Assembly (NCBI GenBank): GCA_050084515.1
Contig: CM114271.1
Coordinates: 23,126,001-23,190,000 of the forward strand
Direction: 5' to 3'
DNA from: Blasia pusilla
Taxonomy: Eukaryota
DNA length: 64,000 bases
In this document: piece after piece, positions 53,883 to 64,000 of the stretch
Layout: every line of letters starts with the position of its first letter
How positions within the stretch are numbered: position 1 is the stretch's first letter
Position numbers and translations under genes: made by a program
The notes under the pieces: generated by a model
What the model saw: the letters and a program-made list of their open reading frames with translations, nothing else
The model's database searches: none
What the model was told of the DNA's origin: nothing

Positions 53883-53923
53883 ACTAGTATACTACCCGTG
53901 CATAGCACGGGTAGCATACTAGT
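53883..53923. repeat. 41-bp near-perfect palindrome resembling back-to-back Helitron 3' ends
   Basis: ACTAGTATACTACCCGTGC-ATA-GCACGGGTAGCATACTAGT, with one mismatch. Confidence 0.7.
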
Positions 53924-54508
53924 ATTTTATATTAACTTTGTGATGCCGACATTACCTTTCACCCGTAGTATACTAGTGTTGTATTTTTTATATTAACGTT
54001 GTGATGCCGTGTCGTTTCCCTTAAGCATCCGGCTGCGATACGTCCTAAACCACATGTAACAAGTCCTCGTGCCAAGTTTGACCAAACAGATATTATCTCT
54101 ACTATACCAAGCGACCCATCCCACTGGTCCTCTTACCCCGGCCATCACTTGGAGGTTGAACTGTACACTGAAGGGAATGTGTAACACACCACCTCACTGC
54201 ACTCAGCACGGAGGAAGACTCTTTCCTTCGGCTTCCGGAGAGATCCGAGGTCCATGTTACTAATACAATATAAGATTCCAAGTCCTGCAACCAAGGCTCA
54301 CAAATGGGAGTCTGCGGGTTGGTCCAGCACACATGGCACAACCATCCAAAGCTGATGAAACTTGTTATGTCTTCATGCAACGTGTTGTGTTACGAAAGAG
54401 GATGTTCCACGTGATTGTTCTTTACATGTCCAGGTCTCTGTACAAATCATCGAACTCGAGAAATATAGAGCCCAGCTTCTGCAAAACAAATATTTCCTCT
54501 CATGACAC

Positions 54509-57522
<3,014 letters not shown>

Positions 57523-58604
57523 CTTGGGTGAACCTTCCGTTCCAGCTTTGGCACTTCTCGTCAATTTTCTCGCGCAATTGCTGGGATTCCTCGCTGGCAC
57601 ATAAACTAATTAAGAACTACCAGATTCTCTGAAGATTCTGCCTACATGCAAATCTCACGCCTTCTGCCCACATCTATGATACCCGATGGATAATCTAAAC
57701 TCCAATCATCCAACCTTTTTCACAAAACATCCTTCTTCTCGAGGCGAAAGGGCCGTCGGGGAGCAACGCTGGTTACAACATCCCTTCACGAATAATGAAC
57801 TTAGAACTCTTACAACTTTCTCATCCGAATCGTAAGGTGCCACTAGACCTGCAGTTTAAGCTCTGCGCACCCCTAAACTGTGCCTCTCTCGGCAACTGGG
57901 CTACCACTCTCGATTCATTCCAATTCAGGGGATGATCCCTCCACTTTCCCTGTACTCAACAGATCTGAGAATCTCCAACCCCTGATGTCTCCTCAGCGCT
58001 TTCCAAACTACTCAAACTATCGATTCACTATCGCCTAGTATTTCCTGCATCCTCGAGCGCTAAAACCCTCCAAGCCCTCACCGCCTTACTAGATCCATGG
58101 GCACATCCAGAACTGCAGCAGACCGTAAGTGATCGCATCCACTATCGACAAAGCAGCCGCCATCCGAATCAGTGCGGACCAACCGATCGCACTTGGGATT
58201 CAATGCCTCTTAAGCATCCACAGAGTATTCAATCACCCCATCTGAACGTTCCTTTGCGGAAGAATATCTTCTCTGCAGAATGCGCTTATGCTGACAATAG
58301 AACGAATGACGACATGGTCGAATTCTGCAAGTTTGGTGGAGTCGACCCTCCGACGCATTGAAAGTTTGAAATTTGAATATCCTGTATGACAAGTTCCCGC
58401 TCATCACCTGCCCTTTAGTTAATATTATGCGACCTCTTCCCTAGTGATCCCTAACGAACGAAGTGAAAGCTGCAATTTTATTTTAGCAAAGAAATATTGT
58501 TATTCCATAAGTTTATATATTAAATTATCGACGAGGATATGTTTGCATAGGAGGTGGTGTGTGCCTAGTGTATGCAACTTGATACAATTCGTTAGTATAT
58601 TGAG

Positions 58605-59060
58605 GTGGTGGTGGTGGATTTTGTAGTGACGGATCTTACCCATGAGGTTATGCGAGTCCAAGTGGTAACACAAGGGAGATTGTTACAAGGAGTATCGACG
58701 GCGGTGGTGAAGAAGACCCATCTCTACAATCGACCTCACGATGGACATCGATTCATCCCCCTAGCCATAAAGAGGTATGGGGCTATGGAGGAGAGATTTG
58801 ACTCGTTCCTTACATTTTGCGCCCATCATCACCAATGGAGAAATGGGTTGTCATTAGCTACTGTGATTATATATTGTTGGCAACGGGTCTTCATAGTTTT
58901 GCAGCGTGCCCAAGCCAATGGGCTTTTGCGGCAGCCTCAGAGTGTGGAGGATTCCACCGCTAGGGGCCCACTTGGTGGTAGTCATGTTTCTCTATGCATT
59001 GTTGATATTGTTTCTGAAGTTGGTGAGTTTAGCCGATAGGGGGATGCCCCCTTTCCTATT
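58605..59060 (+). mobile_element. Second 5'-truncated CRE-like non-LTR copy
   Basis: VDFVVTD...KKTHLY...FIPLAIKRYGAM...QRVFIVLQRAQA. The nucleotide sequence is similar to 34507-34945, including the GGGGG-ATG-CCCCC hairpin after the stop. Confidence 0.75.
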
Positions 59061-59599
59061 TCTGTGAGAAAGCAAAATATGATGAAATCACTCAAATGTG
59101 TTACAAATCTTGGAGATACAAAGTGGCTTAGTCCGTCCGTGCACTCACAGAAGAGCTTTGATGGAACATGAACATGGAGATACCGACTATTTGACTTCTC
59201 AGAAACTAGGGTTTTTTACCTATTTCTATTGATTTCTATTTATCGAAAAAATTGGGGACTGCACCCGCGAACTTTTGTGACACATCAAGGTGCGGGGCAC
59301 CTTGATGCAATATAGGGTTAGATAATCCTAGTAAGGCTACTCCACAAACCATTTACGTCATATTACTATGACGCATCTGACGTCTAAGTTAGAACCATCA
59401 ATCTAGGCTACTCCTCATATAAGGGGGCCGATCGAGTTAATAGTCCTGAGAGAAGTGGATGTTTAGAATCTATGGCCAACAATTTCCGGGCCGGTTGTGG
59501 CCTTCACGTACTCGACTCTTTGATATGACTCATACCTTCATCATGGATAAAGTCATGAATATTAGAGGTTCCTTTTGGTGATGGAGAAGCCATAAAGAT

Positions 59600-60260
59600 T
59601 CTTGAGATTTAAAGTGCAAATTTGCGTCCTTGAACCTTCAAGGTTAATCAAGTAAAGCATAGTGCTCAATTGATTTCTCCCAAGCACTTTGAAAAGCATC
59701 TCAAGGGTAGGTTCTAATGTTAAGGAGGAAGTCATGTTGAAAATTGTAGATCTGAATTGAATGGTGCACCGCAAAAGGAGGAATTAAAAGGAAACCTTAC
59801 TCCAAGAGTGAGGAAAATCTTGGAAGAATTTGGGGATGCCTCAACTGGAGAACTTCTCAAGGAGTTGACATTTAGAGGAGATATGGATCATAAGATTGAA
59901 CTCGAACCTAGAATGGTAGACATGGGAATAGGTGTGTGTTGGGACTAAGGGAGGCGAGAAAGGATGGAATTGGTGTTCAAGCTATGAGCCCTTTCTTGGC
60001 CCACACCACGCTGCCCTAAGCCAACATTGCATAAAATCGTGCGGATTGCATAAAGCATTTGTCTATGGCAGAGTTTAAGTCTAATAAGTCCATGCATCTA
60101 GAATATGTAAGGTTAGTTCTTGAGGAGTATGTGCAAAACCATGTTTCAAGAAATCATGCGGATTGCATAAAGCATTTGTCCAGGAGTTTAAAGAGGATAC
60201 ACAACCATTACCTTGCAAAAAAACTTGACATTGATAAATTTTTATTCCTCCAAGAATAGA
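59600..60260 (+). mobile_element. Highly decayed Gypsy pol remnant
   Basis: ILEEFGDA...ELLKELTFRGDMDHKIELEP (pre-RT motif) and HLEYVRLVLE (RT-like). Confidence 0.45.
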
Positions 60261-61285
60261 AAGAGGGGAATTCAAGATGTAAACAAGCTTAAGCTAGAGG
60301 ATCCACATGATCTGTTGCAAACCATTATGTAAGTTTGGTTTCTATGTTTCTAGCAAGAATGTATATGCGGGCATTGTGATCATCATAGTGCACGATTTTT
60401 GCATTTGAAAGATGCAATCCAAACTCATAATACTTGGCATCTCTTTTTGAATAGTCTCCAACATGCTTTGGAAGAACATACATATGTACTCAAGCTTACC
60501 AAAGTGTTTAATAATAGCTATTGCAACTTAATACAATTGTTGCATGTGACATGGACCTCTACTAAAAGAAGATGGAAATAGAACCCGATGACCAAATATC
60601 CCCCCATCCCCATCATTTTGGAGCATAGCATTCTTCGTGCCTTGGAATAATTAATCTCAAGACCGATGATTTCATGTCGATGAGACTTGATCAATCATGC
60701 ACGCAAGAGACATTTCTCCCCTCAAATGAGTGTCTAAGGAGTCGGAGGCCCATGCATATTCCCATCCTCCAACTCATCCAACCACATTCTTTGGTGTGCA
60801 TCCCATCTTCTTGCATGCTCCCTCCCATAAGATGTCTGTATCTTTTATCCCAAACATATCGTCCATCAACAATCATGTCACATTATTCTCCATGTGCATC
60901 TTGACTTGTAGGCGCTAACCGAAAAGCATGCCTCTCTCCCTATCCCATTACCATCTAAACTCACCCATGATATAAACACTATGAATTATGCCTAAAAAGA
61001 TCTGACTACTATTTCTGACTACCCATGATTTCGGATGAAACTTTATTTCATCCGAGTAGAAGTTAATTTTATGGAAAATATATCTTAATTCTATGGAAAA
61101 TATATCTTGATTTAAATAATAAGTAGTGTAAGCGTGAGCAATGGCTGGGTTTACATTACCTCCCATAATTGATTTTCACAATTTCATTTTAAATTGATGT
61201 CAAAAAATCGTGTTGATTCAAAAGGGAGCAATCCCATTGGCTGAAAATGTCAAATGTCAAAAGGAGGGGGCTGGTATTTTGGCAA

Positions 61286-64000
61286 GAGAGAGGAAGAGAG
61301 GTGAGGAAGAGAGGAAGAGAGGAGAGTCTCTCTTCTAAAAAAAGGGGCAGAATCCGCCTCCTCTCTTCAAAAATTTTTGACATATTTGAAATTTTTGTTT
61401 GCTTTAAAATACAAGAAATCTTTAGAAGAGAGTAGCAAGTGGACCACATTCGGGCCTAAAGTAACCTCCTTTTTCCAGGGGGCGAAAAACAAGTAGACAT
61501 CATAAGACCACTACAAACATTCTTCCATCACTCTCCAAGTGAGCCTAAGTTTCTTCACATTGCCTGTTTCAGTCTACAATAAGCTGTGCATAGGGGTATT
61601 TTTAACTACTCTAACTATGGTCTCAATACACTGCGGTGCCCTTCAAGGTTTAACTTCTCGAAATATGTGGTTGACATCTCTTCTTGCAAAAGGCATAAAA
61701 TACTCCTCAATAAGGGGCAAAAGAAAGGCAAAAGGAAATGCCTTTAAATGATTGTTGACTCTTCTTGCAGAAGGCATCAATACTCATCTATAAGGGGGTT
61801 TTCCACAATAGAACAAATCGCTCGTCACTCATGGTAGCCTTAGACTTTCATTACATCATTTGATGATGTGGGCTCTTGAATGGGTGCACAAAGTATACCA
61901 TGGACTGTTGTGCATTTGACAACTTGGTTTCACCATTCTCTCTGCCACTGAGAAATGTGAACACATGAGACGACAATTGAACCAAAAGATTGATAGCTGT
62001 CTGGAGTAAAGAGGGACTGATAAAAAAGAAAACGTGATCAGACAAGACGATAATTGAAGCAAAAGATATTTAGCTGTTAGGAGTAAAGAGGAACTGGCGC
62101 ACCCATGTCCCTTCATTTAGATCCTAAATTTGAGAATCCGAGAAGCTGCACCCCTCCCAACCCGTCGGAATTCGACAGGTTGCAACTCTTGCAACCCGTC
62201 GGAATCGGATGGGTTGCACCCCTTGCAAGCAAGCTCACCATAACAAAAGAAGGATTTTGAGAAGTGATTCCATTCGGCCCTGCACCCTTTGAGAATCCAA
62301 TAGGATGGGAATCCCAAATGGCAATCCGACAGGTAGTAGGAATCCAACACGTCTTAGAGAAGAGAAAAGCCTAAGACTCGTTTGACGATAATATGGGAAC
62401 GAGCCAAAAGTGAAGAAGCCCGTCAGAATGCCTCAAAAGTTGGACTAACAGTGAAAGAGTCCGATCACTCAAGCAGCCAACCTGTCGGAATCCGACAGGT
62501 TGCCTGAAAGTGGTTAAAATATTGTGAGAAGTTGCAACCCGTCGGAATCAGACGAGTTGCAAAATAAACAGTCTGAGTAGATAGACCAACACAATCGACA
62601 AGACCAAAAAAGATATTCAGAAAAATTTTACAAACACCATCATGGATCAAAAAATTCTTGTCCTTTATTACATCCGAGGGAAGCTCGGAAATGTACATTT
62701 GATCTAGTCTATGATTGCTTCATCCTCGTCACCTGCAAATTTACTCCTAACTCTCCTAGGTTCCTATACAAAAGGAATGTCCTGGGATACAAGTGGCTCC
62801 TTTGGCCGATTGTAGACGGGGATCGAAAATGTTGGGGAATTCGAGCGCCTTGGCTCCCCCTAGGTACACCATAACGGTCCCATGTAACCTGATTTGAGTC
62901 CCACCGCCTTCCTTGGCAGTAAATATTGTACGCTCTACAAGGTGACACCCATCCCGTATCAATATGTGCTTCGTCATAAAAAACCAATCCCTTCTCCAAA
63001 ACGCTTCACTCAAGCTGGGTCCTTTAGTTCTTTGAACTCACTTGTCATTTTCCGAGAGCTCTTCTAGAATTACTATCGGCCTTGCTCTCCCGATTTTCAG
63101 AATAGTGGAAAGTGACGATGGTGTCACTACCAATAGTGGGTCTAGAATCGGAGCTCTCAGCTTTGGAGGAGAGTTGTATATTCCCTTCCTCCAAGTAAGG
63201 GGGTCCTATCTTGCATGTAAATTCCCGGGGGGGGGGATTGTATAAACTATCTAAGATGTACCCATCGGAGCATGGATCGACTGGATCCAAGATCCGGAAT
63301 ACTTAGAAGTTGTGCTTGGGCCTTACAAAACAATAAACAAAGAAGTGGTCCATCTGTAAAGAAGCACGTTGGAAACAACGCCAACAAAAAGAAAGAGCTA
63401 CTTGACCGTTGGTCGACTCTCAATATGGTGACACAATGTGCAACACGTCCATAGTGCATTCTAGTCCCTGTTGATTACTAATCCATAAGAACTTGGCCTA
63501 AAGTCCTAACAGTAGAGCAACTTGTCGGAGTCCGACGGGTTGTTTTACAAGTGTAATTGTTTTTTTTTGCCATGAGCAACCCGTCGGAAGCCGACAAGTT
63601 TCTGGCTTAGAGCAACCCATGGTTGGCTAAGAGCAACCCGTCGCTTTCAGACGGGTTGCATCACTCCAGAAACACAAGGAAAAGCACAAGTACCCGTCGG
63701 TTTCCGCTGGGTTGCACTCACTCAGTGGAGACTTATGGTAAATTTGCAACCCGTCGCTTTTAGACAGATTGCAACACCGCAGCCACAAGCTCTTGGGATC
63801 CGATGGGTTGCATGTAGAGATGCAACCCGTCAAAGCCCGATGAATTGAATTTTGATTAAGATCCCTTACCCGGACTTGATTCGTCGCCGATCGGAGTGGA
63901 TACTCGTTCTTGATGACCTATGATTGCGCCGTCCTCCACTTCAGCGACCTCTTCACGCATTGAAGGTTGAAGAGCTCATCCTCGCTCCCTCTAGTCAAGA
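61286..64000. mobile_element. Another member or relative of the palindromic-motif (MULE-like) family, running off the window
   Basis: GAGAGGAAGAGAGG tract at 61286-61330, and clusters of GCAACCCGTCGG/CCGACGGGTTGC at 62145-62226, 62476-62561 and 63516-63845. No transposase motif was recognised. Confidence 0.5.

Overview
Eukaryotic nuclear DNA from a plant, probably a non-flowering land plant (inferred, not proven). About 70% is nested, decayed transposable elements. Three intact-looking spliced host genes are present: organellar ribosomal protein L20 (30487-31996 +), a peroxisomal acyl-activating enzyme ending in SKL (51080-53561 +), and a UBC37/UBE2T-like E2 (54509-57522 -). The main signal is that the transposons carry chromatin-related cargo. 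(1) A Ty3/Gypsy family encodes a DNMT3-like C5 cytosine methyltransferase in frame between protease and reverse transcriptase, and a PHD finger after integrase. The best copy is 13411-21764, and three more decayed or partial relatives are in the window. (2) A CACTA segment carries an EDM2-like composite PHD module (11741-12421). (3) A MULE/SWIM element has a CpG-rich palindromic motif in tandem arrays plus a divergent accessory ORF, reminiscent of VANDAL/VANC anti-silencing. CRE-type non-LTR fragments, a Copia 5' fragment and Helitron-like ends are also present. All family assignments come from motif recognition by eye, with no database search. TE boundaries are approximate unless stated.
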